Assembly (NCBI GenBank): GCA_020632665.1
Contig: JACKFC010000017.1
Coordinates: 40,423 to 104,422, forward strand
Source: Deltaproteobacteria bacterium
GTDB lineage: Bacteria; Myxococcota_A; UBA9042
Reading direction: 5' to 3'
Length of the DNA stretch: 64,000 nucleotides
Part shown: one piece after another, positions 43,068 to 52,675 of the stretch
Numbering within the stretch: position 1 is the stretch's first letter
Layout: the number at the start of each line of letters is the position of its first letter
Program-made: the position numbers and the translations under genes
The notes under the pieces: generated by a model
The model's database searches: none
Told to the model about the DNA's origin: nothing
The model's input: the letters and a program-made list of their open reading frames with translations, nothing else

Positions 43068-45305
43068 ATGGTGAGGCGCTGGCTCGCAGCCGCGCTGACG
43101 GCGGCCGTCGCGCTCGCCGTCGCCCCCGCTGCCGACGCGGCCGGCAAGGGGCCCTGGCGGCAGCTGCAGGCTGCCTCGCGCGCGTTCCGCGTTGGGGACC
43201 ACGCTGCTGCGCGCAAGGCGCTGGAGGCCATGCTGGCCGGCAAAGTGGCCGACAAGGACGCAGCCAGCGCCGCGCACTTCATGCTCGCCCGCAGCTGCGC
43301 CGCGCTCGGCGACGGCCCGGCGGCCACATCGGCGTTCGCCAAGGCAAGCGCGATCCGCAAGCTCACGCCGCAGGCCTACGCCTTCGCCGAGGTCGAGGTC
43401 CTCGCTGCCGCCGGCAAGAAGAAGGAGGCCCACGACGCCCTCGGCGCGCTGCGCAAGCGCTGGCCGAAGTACCGCTGGGCCCAGGCCGACCTGACCTGGT
43501 CGCGGCTCTACGAGGAGCTGGGGCCACCCGAGGCATCGGCCGCCGCCGCGCTCGGCCTCTACGACAAATCGCACCTGCACCTGCCGCAGGACGAGCTGCT
43601 GGCGCGCGCCGCCCGCGGCTACGAGAAGGCCGGGCAGAAGGACCGCGCCCTCGGCCTGTGGAAGAAGCTGCTGATGCGCCACCCCGAGAGCGCCTACATC
43701 GACCAGGCGATTGCGCGGGTCCCGCTCACCTCGCTCTCCATCGAGGAGCGCTTCGACCGCGCCGAGCTGCTCTTCAAGCGGCGCGACTACGAGCGCTGCC
43801 GGGCGGAGTCACTTTACCTCTGGGAGAAGAACTACAAGCGCTCCTCGATCGGCTATTTGCTCGGCAAGATCGGCAGCGAGCGGCTGCGCGACGACTACGC
43901 CGGGGCGAAGACCTATTTCGAGGCCGCCATCGGCGCCGGTGGGCCCTACGCCATGTACGCGCTCGCCTCCTACGGCATCGTCCTCGGCAAGCTCGGCAAG
44001 GTGAAAGAGGCCGTCGCCGCGTTCGACCAATGGTTGGCTCGCTACAGCAAGTCGGCCGGGATGAAGCGGGTCAACGAGGCGATGTACGACCGCTGTCGCG
44101 CGATCCACATCGGCGGCGACTCGCTGGCGGCGGCAAAGGAGTACGAAGCCTTCCTGCTCCGCCACCAGAGCGGCTTCGACTGGGGCAAATATTGGTGGTT
44201 CGTCGCCTTCTGGAACTACCAGGGCGGTGAATACGACAAGGCGATCCAGCAGATGGCGCGGCTCCGCGGCTCGAGCAACCCGCTGGTCGGTGGCAAGGCG
44301 CGCTATTGGACGGGCAAGGCGCAGGAGAAGAAGGGCGACGTGGCCGCGGCGAAGAAGACGATGCTCGCCTTGGTCAACGGCATGCCGCTGAACTACTACT
44401 CGGGCCTGGCCGAGAATTGGCTGGTCGACCACGGCTTCGGCAAGGCGCTTCCGAAGCGCCCCGACCTCTCGAAGGTGGCGTGGAAGGTGCCGGATCCCTT
44501 CTCCGGCATCCCGCATCAGGGGCCGGCACAGGAACTTCGGATCATCGCCCACCTCGGCGAGTTCGACACCCTGCGCGACGCCCTCGGCGACCGGATGCGC
44601 AAGCTGCGCAAGCAAATCGGCGCCGACCGCCTGGACCGGCTCGAATCCGACCTCAGCGACGGCCTCGAGGACTTCGCCCGCGACCGCGGCCGCGCCCTCT
44701 CACGCCACCGCAAGGTGCTGCGCAAGTGGCCGACCCGGCAGACGGTGCAGGCCTGGCGCGGCATCTATCCGCGGGCCTACGCGACCCACACCAAATGGGC
44801 CGCAGATCGCTTCGGCGCGCCGGAGTGGATGGTCTACGCCCACATGCTGCAGGAGTCGCGGTACAAGCCCTGGATGATCTCCGGCGCCCCGGCCTACGGC
44901 CTGCTCGAGCTGCTCGACCGCACCGCGCGTCGCCTCGCCGCCGAGCAGAAAGAGGACTACCAACTCTGGATGCTGATGGTGCCCGGCCACAACGTGCGCT
45001 GGGGGACGCAATATCTCGGCGCGCTGGTGGCCAAGTTCGAGGGGCAAATCCCCTTCGCGATCGCGAGCTACAACGGCGGTCCGATGCTGCTCGAGTACCA
45101 TATGCAGGAGAGCCGAGGAAAAGACTTCGACGTGATGATCGACGATATGGGCCCGCACGAATGCCGCAACTACGTGCGCATGGTCATCGGCCACTTCCTG
45201 CGCTACCTCGCGATCTACGAGAAGCCGGCCAAGGCGAAGGCGCTACGCGACAAGCTGCTGCCGCGATCTTGGCGCCCGGAGTGGAAGAAGCACCCCGACT
45301 ATTAG
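43068..45305 (+). CDS. Soluble lytic transglycosylase (Slt70-like: superhelical domain + C-terminal SLT domain), secreted
   Basis: Signal peptide MVRRWLAAALTAAVALAVAPAADA. Catalytic-Glu block HMLQESRYKPWMISGAPAYGLLEL. ASYNGGP. Confidence 0.75.
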   Translation: MVRRWLAAALTAAVALAVAPAADAAGKGPWRQLQAASRAFRVGDHAAARKALEAMLAGKVADKDAASAAHFMLARSCAALGDGPAATSAFAKASAIRKLTPQAYAFAEVEVLAAAGKKKEAHDALGALRKRWPKYRWAQADLTWSRLYEELGPPEASAAAALGLYDKSHLHLPQDELLARAARGYEKAGQKDRALGLWKKLLMRHPESAYIDQAIARVPLTSLSIEERFDRAELLFKRRDYERCRAESLYLWEKNYKRSSIGYLLGKIGSERLRDDYAGAKTYFEAAIGAGGPYAMYALASYGIVLGKLGKVKEAVAAFDQWLARYSKSAGMKRVNEAMYDRCRAIHIGGDSLAAAKEYEAFLLRHQSGFDWGKYWWFVAFWNYQGGEYDKAIQQMARLRGSSNPLVGGKARYWTGKAQEKKGDVAAAKKTMLALVNGMPLNYYSGLAENWLVDHGFGKALPKRPDLSKVAWKVPDPFSGIPHQGPAQELRIIAHLGEFDTLRDALGDRMRKLRKQIGADRLDRLESDLSDGLEDFARDRGRALSRHRKVLRKWPTRQTVQAWRGIYPRAYATHTKWAADRFGAPEWMVYAHMLQESRYKPWMISGAPAYGLLELLDRTARRLAAEQKEDYQLWMLMVPGHNVRWGTQYLGALVAKFEGQIPFAIASYNGGPMLLEYHMQESRGKDFDVMIDDMGPHECRNYVRMVIGHFLRYLAIYEKPAKAKALRDKLLPRSWRPEWKKHPDY

Positions 45306-45314
45306 CCCAGGCAG

Positions 45315-46727
45315 CTACTTCGGCACAGAGCAGAAATCCGGCGCACCGGCGGGCAGCTTGCCGGCGTGGGCGTCGTCTTTGCTGTCGCGGTCGAAGGCCG
45401 AGAGCCAACTCCAGACGAAGCCGACGTAGTTCGGCGGGATCTTGTGGCCGAGGCTGTGCTCGCAGTCGTGGTGGACGTGACCTTTTTCGGTCAGGTTGGC
45501 GATCAGGCCCTTCGCCAAGGTGTCGAAGTTCTGGCTGTATGCCATATCGGTCGGGCCGCCCCAGGTGACGAGGAAGGGCACCTTGCGCGCCGCGTCCGGG
45601 AAGTCGTGCAGGTAGCCGCCGGCGAGCGGCGCCACCGCAGCGATCGCCTCGCCGCGGTTCAGCGCGAGGAAGGTCGTCATCATGCCGCCGGCGCTCATGC
45701 CGGTGACGTAGAGGCGGTCGGCATCGACCGCGTACTGCTCGGCGACGCATTTGCGCAGGTCGTCGAAAAAGACCAACTCGCGGTTGTCACGGTCGAAGAC
45801 CTTCTCGGCGAAGCGCCAATCGAGGACCGGCTTGCTGCCGTCGACCTCGGGCGTCGTATTCGGGACGACGACGATGGCGCCGGCAGTCTCGTAGTAGGTA
45901 TTCCAGCCGGTCGCCTCGGCGATGCCCTTCGCGTTGCCGGTATTGCCGTGGTAGAGGAAGACGATCGGCAGCTTGGTGCTGGTATCCGTCGCAGCCGCGG
46001 GGAGATAGAGCTCGAACGTGCGCTCGAACGTCGCGCTGGTCATGGTGTTGCTGCCGGCGGCGAGCTTCGGGCAGGTCGCGATCGGATCGTAGCGCTTCGC
46101 CTCCGCGCCGGGGCAGACCACGTCGTATTCCTTGGGAAACTCGCTGGGCCACGGCACGGCGCGGAAGGTCGAGCCCTTCAGGTCGGCCTTGAACGCCGGA
46201 ACCTCGCCGGTGACGTCGCCACAGAAGGTGCCATCGCTGGCGACGGTGCCGTTGATCGTCAGATCTGCCTCGACCGGCGTGCCCGTCGGCGACGCCTTGC
46301 CCGGCACGGTGACCTTGCCCAGCGCGACGGCGAAGGTGCCGTCGGCGGCGATCGCGATATCCTTGCCGCTCGCGATCGGGGCCTCGCTGACGAAGCCGAA
46401 GGCGTTGGCTGCGTAGACGTCGAAGGTCAGGAATTTGCCGGCAGCCCCGGCCTCACCCTCGGCCGTCACGCTCAGCTTCATGACCAGCTGCGCGCCGCCG
46501 AGCGAGAGCTTGATGCCCATGAGGTAGTCGCCGTTCGCCACCAGCGGGGTCGCGCCGCCGGTATCCGAGGCGGTGCCGTCCGCCGCGGAGCCGTCCGCCG
46601 CGGTGCCGTCCGCCCCGCTGGCGTCCTGACCGGTCGCGCTACTCGAGCCGCCGTCGTCGGAGCTGCAGCCCGGTAGGGCGAGTAGGCCGACGAGGCTCCA
46701 ACCGACGATTGTCGCAATCTCGCGCAT
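45315..46727 (-). CDS. Lipoprotein with a C-terminal alpha/beta-hydrolase (esterase/PHB-depolymerase-like) domain
   Basis: Lipobox LLALPGCSS. Nucleophile elbow GMSAGG. Several conserved His residues near the C-terminus. Confidence 0.65.
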   Translation of the reverse strand: MREIATIVGWSLVGLLALPGCSSDDGGSSSATGQDASGADGTAADGSAADGTASDTGGATPLVANGDYLMGIKLSLGGAQLVMKLSVTAEGEAGAAGKFLTFDVYAANAFGFVSEAPIASGKDIAIAADGTFAVALGKVTVPGKASPTGTPVEADLTINGTVASDGTFCGDVTGEVPAFKADLKGSTFRAVPWPSEFPKEYDVVCPGAEAKRYDPIATCPKLAAGSNTMTSATFERTFELYLPAAATDTSTKLPIVFLYHGNTGNAKGIAEATGWNTYYETAGAIVVVPNTTPEVDGSKPVLDWRFAEKVFDRDNRELVFFDDLRKCVAEQYAVDADRLYVTGMSAGGMMTTFLALNRGEAIAAVAPLAGGYLHDFPDAARKVPFLVTWGGPTDMAYSQNFDTLAKGLIANLTEKGHVHHDCEHSLGHKIPPNYVGFVWSWLSAFDRDSKDDAHAGKLPAGAPDFCSVPK

Positions 46728-46895
46728 CAGCGCACCTCGAAACGGGGTCATGGCATCCTCCGGGGCGGGGGTCTCCGCGAACGCGGGAACCTAGCAGAGC
46801 CTTCGCGGGTGAGCGAGTCCGAGGTCGACAGCGGCGGCGGAAGTCGCCATCATCCCGCGCCAGACATCGGGCTCTCAGCCCGCCCAGGAGCCATC

Positions 46896-48227
46896 ATGAC
46901 CGTCGCAGTCGCCCGTCCAGCCGATTCCAACAGCCGCCTCCCGTACAAGGTGGCCGATCTCTCGCTCGCCGATTGGGGCCGCAAGGAGATCGAGATGGCC
47001 GAGAAGGAGATGCCCGGCCTGATGGCGCTGCGCGCGAAGTACGGCCAGTCCAAGCCCCTCGCCGGTGCGCGTGTGGCCGGCTGCCTGCACATGACCGTGC
47101 AGACCGCGGTGCTGATCGAGACGCTGACCGCGCTCGGCGCCGAAGTGACCTGGACCTCCTGCAATATCTACTCGACGCAGGATCACGCCGCCGCCGCGAT
47201 CGCCGTCACCGGCGTGCCGGTCTACGCCTGGAAGGGCGAGACCGAGCCGGAGTACGAGTGGTGCCTCGAGCAGCAGATCTACGCCTTCGAGGGCGGCAAG
47301 GGCCCGAACCTGATCCTCGACGACGGCGGCGACCTGACGTGGTGGATCCACGACAAGCACAGCAAGCTGCTCGGCGATATCCGCGGCCTCTCGGAAGAGA
47401 CGACCACCGGCGTGCATCGCCTCTACCAAGCGTTCCAGCAGGGCAAGCTCAAGGTGCCGGCGATCAACGTCAACGACTCAGTGACCAAGAGCAAGTTCGA
47501 CAACCTCTACGGCTGCCGCGAGTCGCTGGCCGACGGCATCAAGCGCGCGACCGACGTGATGGTCGCCGGCAAGGTCGTCGTGGTCGCGGGCTACGGCGAC
47601 GTCGGCAAGGGCTCGGCGCACTCGATGCGCAGCCTCGGCGCGCGCGTGCTGATCACCGAGATCGACCCGATCTGCGCGCTCCAAGCGGCGATGGAAGGCT
47701 TCCAGGTCGTGACGATGGAAGAGGCGGCTCCGGTCGGCGATATCTTCGTCACCGCGACCGGCTGCAACGGCGTCGTCCGTGGCGAGCACATGAGCGTGAT
47801 GAAGGACCAGGCCATCCTCTGCAACATCGGTCACTTCGACACCGAGATCGACATCGCCTGGCTGGAGGAGACCCCCGGCGTGCGCGAGGAGTCGATCAAG
47901 CCGCAGGTCGACCGCTTCCACCTGCCCAATGGCAATACGCTGGTCGTGCTGGCCCGCGGCCGCCTGGTCAACCTCGGTTGCGCCACCGGTCACCCCAGCT
48001 TCGTGATGTCGAACTCGTTCTCGAACCAGGTGCTCGCGCAGATCGCGCTCTGGACCGAGGAATTCCCGCTCGGCGTGCACGTCCTGCCGAAGAAGCTCGA
48101 CGAAGAGGTCGCCCGCCTGCACCTGGCCAAGCTCGGCGTCAAGCTGACCCGCCTGACCGACGAGCAGGCCGAATACCTCGGCATCCCGGTCGAGGGCCCG
48201 TTCAAGCCCGAGCACTACCGCTACTAG
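46896..48227 (+). CDS. ahcY: Adenosylhomocysteinase
   Basis: Start at Met30. [13 protein letters not shown] and the NAD site [15 protein letters not shown]. Confidence 0.95.
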   Translation: MTVAVARPADSNSRLPYKVADLSLADWGRKEIEMAEKEMPGLMALRAKYGQSKPLAGARVAGCLHMTVQTAVLIETLTALGAEVTWTSCNIYSTQDHAAAAIAVTGVPVYAWKGETEPEYEWCLEQQIYAFEGGKGPNLILDDGGDLTWWIHDKHSKLLGDIRGLSEETTTGVHRLYQAFQQGKLKVPAINVNDSVTKSKFDNLYGCRESLADGIKRATDVMVAGKVVVVAGYGDVGKGSAHSMRSLGARVLITEIDPICALQAAMEGFQVVTMEEAAPVGDIFVTATGCNGVVRGEHMSVMKDQAILCNIGHFDTEIDIAWLEETPGVREESIKPQVDRFHLPNGNTLVVLARGRLVNLGCATGHPSFVMSNSFSNQVLAQIALWTEEFPLGVHVLPKKLDEEVARLHLAKLGVKLTRLTDEQAEYLGIPVEGPFKPEHYRY

Positions 48228-48249
48228 CCGCATACCCCCAGGAGGGACC

Positions 48250-49560
48250 ATGAGTGGCAATGTCGCGCCCACCGCGGCGCAGGCCGAGTGGCTGGCCAGC
48301 GGCCTCTCGCCGATGGCGGCTTCGTTGCGCGGTTCGTCGATCCTGGTGATCGCCGCCCGCGTCCGTGAGTTGGTCGCAGGTGGCGCCGAGGTCTGCAACC
48401 TCACCATCGGCGACTTCGACCCGCAGGCCTACCCGATCCCGACCGAGCTGCGGGTCGGGACCAAGCGCGCGTACGACGCCGGTCATACCAACTACCCGCC
48501 GGCGAACGGCATCCCGGCGCTGCGTACGGCAGTGGCCAAGATGTACGAGCGTCGTTTGGGGATCACGGTCGATCCGGCGAACGTCTCGGTGGCCAGCGGC
48601 GCCCGTCCGTTGCTCTTCGCGGCCTACAACGCGCTGGTCGGCGAGGGGGACAAGGTCGTCTACGCCTCGCCGTCGTGGAACAACAACCACTACACCCAGA
48701 TCGTCGGGGCCAACGCGGTCAAGCTGCCAGTCGGGCCGGAAGACAACTTCTTCCCGAAGATGGAGGCGTTCGCGCCGCACCTGCGGGACGCCCGGTTGTT
48801 CTTCCTCAACAGCCCGCTGAACCCTTCCGGCACGATGATCCGCCGCGAGGTGCTGCAGGAGCTCTGCGCCACCATCGTGACGGAGAACGAGCGCCGTCGC
48901 GCCGTCGGCGAGAAGCCGCTCTTCCTGCTCTACGACCAGATCTACTGGATGCTGCGCCTGGGCGACGTCGAGCACGTCGACCCGATCGGCGTCGACCCGC
49001 GGATGGCCGATTACGCGATCTACGTCGACGGCATCAGCAAGGCGTTCGCCGCCACCGGCGTGCGCGTCGGTTGGGGCGTGTCTCCAGCACCCTTGGCCGC
49101 GGCGATGAACCGCCTGCTCGGTCATGTCGGGGCCTGGGCGCCGCATCCCGAGCAGCACGCCACCGCGGCCCTGCTCGACGATGACGAGGCCGTCGACCGC
49201 TACCTCGCCTGGATTCGGCGCGAGGCGCGGGATCGGCTGCAGATCATCTTCGACAAGGTCTCGGCGATGGCCGACGCCGGCTTGCCGGTGCGCGCGCTGG
49301 CACCCGAGGGCGCGATCTACCTCTCGGTGCAGATCGACGTCCGCGGCTGGAAGGCCGGCGACAAGGTGCTGCAGACCACCGCGGAGATCGGCAACTACCT
49401 GCTCGACGAAGCCGGCGTGGCCGTGGTGCCCTTCGACGCCTTCGGCGCGACCCATGCCCAGGCGTGGTTCCGGCTCAGCGTCGGCGCGGTCGAGCGGGAG
49501 GCCTTGGCCCGTGCGCTCGACCGTGTGCAGGCCGCGCTCGGCCGCCTGCAGCGCCCCTAA
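48250..49560 (+). CDS. PLP-dependent aminotransferase, class I (AspC-like)
   Basis: PLP-Lys block YVDGISKAFAATGVRVGW. GGAGGG ribosome-binding site 22 nt after the ahcY stop. Confidence 0.85.
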   Translation: MSGNVAPTAAQAEWLASGLSPMAASLRGSSILVIAARVRELVAGGAEVCNLTIGDFDPQAYPIPTELRVGTKRAYDAGHTNYPPANGIPALRTAVAKMYERRLGITVDPANVSVASGARPLLFAAYNALVGEGDKVVYASPSWNNNHYTQIVGANAVKLPVGPEDNFFPKMEAFAPHLRDARLFFLNSPLNPSGTMIRREVLQELCATIVTENERRRAVGEKPLFLLYDQIYWMLRLGDVEHVDPIGVDPRMADYAIYVDGISKAFAATGVRVGWGVSPAPLAAAMNRLLGHVGAWAPHPEQHATAALLDDDEAVDRYLAWIRREARDRLQIIFDKVSAMADAGLPVRALAPEGAIYLSVQIDVRGWKAGDKVLQTTAEIGNYLLDEAGVAVVPFDAFGATHAQAWFRLSVGAVEREALARALDRVQAALGRLQRP

Positions 49561-49571
49561 GCTCCGCCGCG

Positions 49572-50648
49572 ATGGCCGATCTCGCCTGGATCGGCGCGGG
49601 TGAGACCGCGTTCGTCTGCCGGCACGGCCACGAGGCTCCCCTCGTCGAAGAATTGCATCGCCTCGGCGCCGCTCCGCGCCCGACGCCGCTGCCCGGATTG
49701 GTGGCTGCCTCGTCTGCCGCCGCCGACCTCGATCCGGTCTGGGCACTGCAGACCCTTCCGCGCGTCCGCGTCCTGCGCGGCGCCTCGGTGCGTGCCCTCG
49801 CCGAGGCCGCGGCAGAGGGGCTGAGCGAGAGACTCGACGCGACCGAGGCGAGCTGGGATTGGCATTGGCTGCTGCCTGCGACCTTGCGTGGCAACCCGCG
49901 GCCGCCGATGCAGCGTCGGGCCGGGTTGGTCCAGGCCGGCGCGGCCGATTGGCTGCAGCGCCGACGCCGACGTCTCGCCCGGCGCCGGGTCGACGGCTCG
50001 CCCGTGCAGCCCGCGGAGTATTTGGCGCAACATCTGCTGCTCGACGCCGAGACGATGCTGCAGAGCGTCGCGCCGTGCCGCCGCCTCGCGGTCGGCAGCA
50101 GCTGGCCGAGCCCGCTGCCGGCCGGTCACGCCGCCGTCCCCGACGATCCCGCCGCGCCGGCGAGCAGCTATCGCAAGCTCGAGGAGGGCTTCGCCTTGCT
50201 CGGCCGCTGGCCCGCCGCCGGGGAATTGGCCGTCGACCTGGGCGCCTCGCCCGGCGGCTGGACCCGTGTGCTGCGGCGCTACGGCGCCCGGGTCATCGCC
50301 GTCGACCGCGCCCCGCTGGCCGCCGACCTCGAAGCCGATGCGGACGTCGACGCACGCATCGGCGACGCCTTTCGCTTCGAGCCGGACGCACCGCTCGATT
50401 GGTTGGTCTCCGATATCGTCGCCTACCCCGAGCGGATCATCGAGCTGCTCGGCAGCCTCGGCACGCTCGCGCCGGAGCGGGGCGTGGTGCAGATGAAGTT
50501 CCGCGGCGACGTGGATTGGGCGGCCATCGACACCGGGCTGCAGACGGCGGCAGGGCAGGGCTATGCTGCCCGCGCCCGACACGTCTTCAACGACAAGAAC
50601 GAAGTGACGATCGCGCTGCGGCGCGCTGGGAAGGAGGCAATTCGATGA
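49572..50648 (+). CDS. rlmM: FtsJ-like rRNA 2'-O-methyltransferase, RlmM-like
   Basis: SAM site DLGASPGGWT, about 360 aa with an N-terminal THUMP-like part. Start at Met37 of the track ORF. Confidence 0.65.
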   Translation: MADLAWIGAGETAFVCRHGHEAPLVEELHRLGAAPRPTPLPGLVAASSAAADLDPVWALQTLPRVRVLRGASVRALAEAAAEGLSERLDATEASWDWHWLLPATLRGNPRPPMQRRAGLVQAGAADWLQRRRRRLARRRVDGSPVQPAEYLAQHLLLDAETMLQSVAPCRRLAVGSSWPSPLPAGHAAVPDDPAAPASSYRKLEEGFALLGRWPAAGELAVDLGASPGGWTRVLRRYGARVIAVDRAPLAADLEADADVDARIGDAFRFEPDAPLDWLVSDIVAYPERIIELLGSLGTLAPERGVVQMKFRGDVDWAAIDTGLQTAAGQGYAARARHVFNDKNEVTIALRRAGKEAIR

Positions 50649-51424
50649 CGGACGGAGAGCGCATCCGCGTGGCGGTGGTCGGCCCGACGGGCCGGATGGG
50701 ACGCCAGGTCCTCGAGATCTGCGAGCAACAGCCGGGCCTGGAGGTCGTCGGCCGGGTCGGCAAGCCCGACGAAGCCGGCGCCGTGCCGATCTCGAGCCTC
50801 GAAGGCGCCGCGGTCGACGTGCTGATCGACTTCTCGCACCGTGAGGCGGTCGCGGCCCACGCGGCGTTCTGTGCGACGCACCGGGTCGCCTGGGTCCTCG
50901 GCACGACCGGCCTCGACGCAGACGACGAGGCGGCCGTCGCCGCCGCCGCCGGTGAGACGCTGGTCTTCCGCGCCTCCAACTTCTCGGTCGGCGTGGCGCT
51001 GCTCGTCGACCTCGTCGCCCGCGCGGCCCGGATTCTCGGCGAGGACGCCGATATCGAGGTCGTCGAGAGCCACCATCACCACAAGGTCGACGCGCCCTCG
51101 GGCACGGCGCTCACGCTCGCCCGAGCGGCGGCCTCGGCGCGTGGCCAAATCCTCGAGGACGTCGTGCAGCACGGCCGCTCCGGCATCTGCGGCGCCCGGC
51201 CGCGCGGCGAGATCGGCATGCACGCGCTGCGCCTCGGCGATATCGTCGGCCACCACGAGGTGCACTTCGGCTGGCAGGCCGAGGGGCTGGTGCTCACCCA
51301 CGACGCCCGCGATCGCGCCGTCTTCGCCCGCGGCGCGGTCCGTGCGGCGCGCTGGACGCATGCGCGTCGGGCCGCCGGGCAGCGCGGTGTGGTGGGCATG
51401 GCCGAGCTGCTCGCCGACGCGTAG
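50645..51424 (+). CDS. dapB: 4-hydroxy-tetrahydrodipicolinate reductase
   Basis: VAVVGPTGRMGR NAD(P) site and ESHHHHKVDAPSGTA. ATGA overlap with the rlmM-like stop. Confidence 0.9.
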   Translation: MTDGERIRVAVVGPTGRMGRQVLEICEQQPGLEVVGRVGKPDEAGAVPISSLEGAAVDVLIDFSHREAVAAHAAFCATHRVAWVLGTTGLDADDEAAVAAAAGETLVFRASNFSVGVALLVDLVARAARILGEDADIEVVESHHHHKVDAPSGTALTLARAAASARGQILEDVVQHGRSGICGARPRGEIGMHALRLGDIVGHHEVHFGWQAEGLVLTHDARDRAVFARGAVRAARWTHARRAAGQRGVVGMAELLADA

Positions 51425-51476
51425 CCGCGGCACTGCAAGGGTGGTAGCGTAGGGCGAACCCTGCACGGAGGAGAGC

Positions 51477-51875
51477 ATGGACGTCGCATCGCTGGCACGG
51501 ATGGTGGCGGGCCGACACGGCTGGCCGATGACCCAAGGACACGACGGGGGCGTGCGGATGGAGATCCGCACCGAGGCCGCGCGGACGCAAGTCGTCCAGC
51601 TGCATCCGGGACAGGACCCCGATGGACGGCCGATCGTCTGGGTCTGGAGCGTGATCTGCGAGACCAGCGGCGTCGGCGACCCGTGGTACCTGCTGCGGCT
51701 CAACGCGACGCTGACCGCCGGCGCGGTCGCGGTGCGCGACCCCAACGTGATCCTGGTCGACACCCTGGCGCTGCAGGGGCTGCAACCGGTGGAGCTCGAG
51801 CGCGTCATCAGCTGGGTGGCCCGGCACGCGGACAGCCTCGAGAAGCAGGTCCACGGCGCCTTCGACCGCAACTGA
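51477..51875 (+). CDS. Hypothetical cytoplasmic protein, 132 aa
   Basis: GGAGGAG ribosome-binding site. I recognise no family with confidence. Confidence 0.5.
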   Translation: MDVASLARMVAGRHGWPMTQGHDGGVRMEIRTEAARTQVVQLHPGQDPDGRPIVWVWSVICETSGVGDPWYLLRLNATLTAGAVAVRDPNVILVDTLALQGLQPVELERVISWVARHADSLEKQVHGAFDRN

Positions 51876-51890
51876 GAAGAGGAAGACGGC

Positions 51891-52589
51891 ATGAACGACG
51901 TGAAACGCTTCCACGCCCTACGCGGCAAAGCACTCGCCTTCGGCTTGGTCGGCGCGATGGCGCTCGGCGCTGCCGGCTGCGGCACGACCGCCGAGGCGCA
52001 GATGAGCCGCTTCAAGGACAACAAGGTCAAGGTCGAGGCGCTGGTCGCCAAGCGCCCGGACCTGAAGGATTCCATCGCCAAGCAGTCGGCGGACTTCCAG
52101 CGCGAATACGACGAGATCCTCGCCGCCGGCGGCGATCCGAAAGAGCAGCTGATCCAGCTCAACCGGCGGATGCGGACCTACCTCGAGACCGTCGATCCGA
52201 GCCAGAAGCTGCGCGCGACGGCGTCGTCCAAGCTCAACCGGGCCAACAACGCGCCACCGCCGGGGACGGCCGCGCCGCGTCCGGGTGCGCCGATGAACGC
52301 GGGCATGGCGCCCGGTGGCAAGCTCGGTGGTGCGCAGCCCGGGGCCCCGGGGACCGCGCCCGGCGCGATCGCGCCGCCGCCGCCCGGTGCGGCGCCGACC
52401 GGCAAGTTGGGCGGCGCTCCCGCCGTGGCACCCGGCGCGGTGCCGCCCCCGCCGCCAGGCGCGATCCCGCCGCCTCCGCCTGGTGCGGCGCCGACCGGCA
52501 AGTTGGGTGGCGCCCCCGGCACTGCGCCTGGCGCGATGCCGGCCGGCGGTGGCGTGGCCCCGACCGGCAAGCTCGGCGGCACGCCGTAG
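51891..52589 (+). CDS. Lipoprotein with C-terminal Pro/Gly-rich (A)PTGKLGGAP repeats
   Basis: Lipobox LGAAGCG. Confidence 0.55.
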   Translation: MNDVKRFHALRGKALAFGLVGAMALGAAGCGTTAEAQMSRFKDNKVKVEALVAKRPDLKDSIAKQSADFQREYDEILAAGGDPKEQLIQLNRRMRTYLETVDPSQKLRATASSKLNRANNAPPPGTAAPRPGAPMNAGMAPGGKLGGAQPGAPGTAPGAIAPPPPGAAPTGKLGGAPAVAPGAVPPPPPGAIPPPPPGAAPTGKLGGAPGTAPGAMPAGGGVAPTGKLGGTP

Positions 52590-52675
52590 GATTCTGATTC
52601 GCGACGGCCATGGCCGGGGCGGTTCGAAGTACCGGTTGGAAACGTCTTGTCACCCGGATTCGGGTTGCATTCGGC

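Noticed and set aside
46752-46895. SAH riboswitch upstream of ahcY
   Set aside because: I looked for the conserved GAGGAGCGCUGC / GGCUCAGG / AACGGCGCUCA blocks. Only loose fragments (CCGAGG.., GGGCTCTCAGCC) are present, with no convincing pseudoknot. An Rfam scan could still be run.
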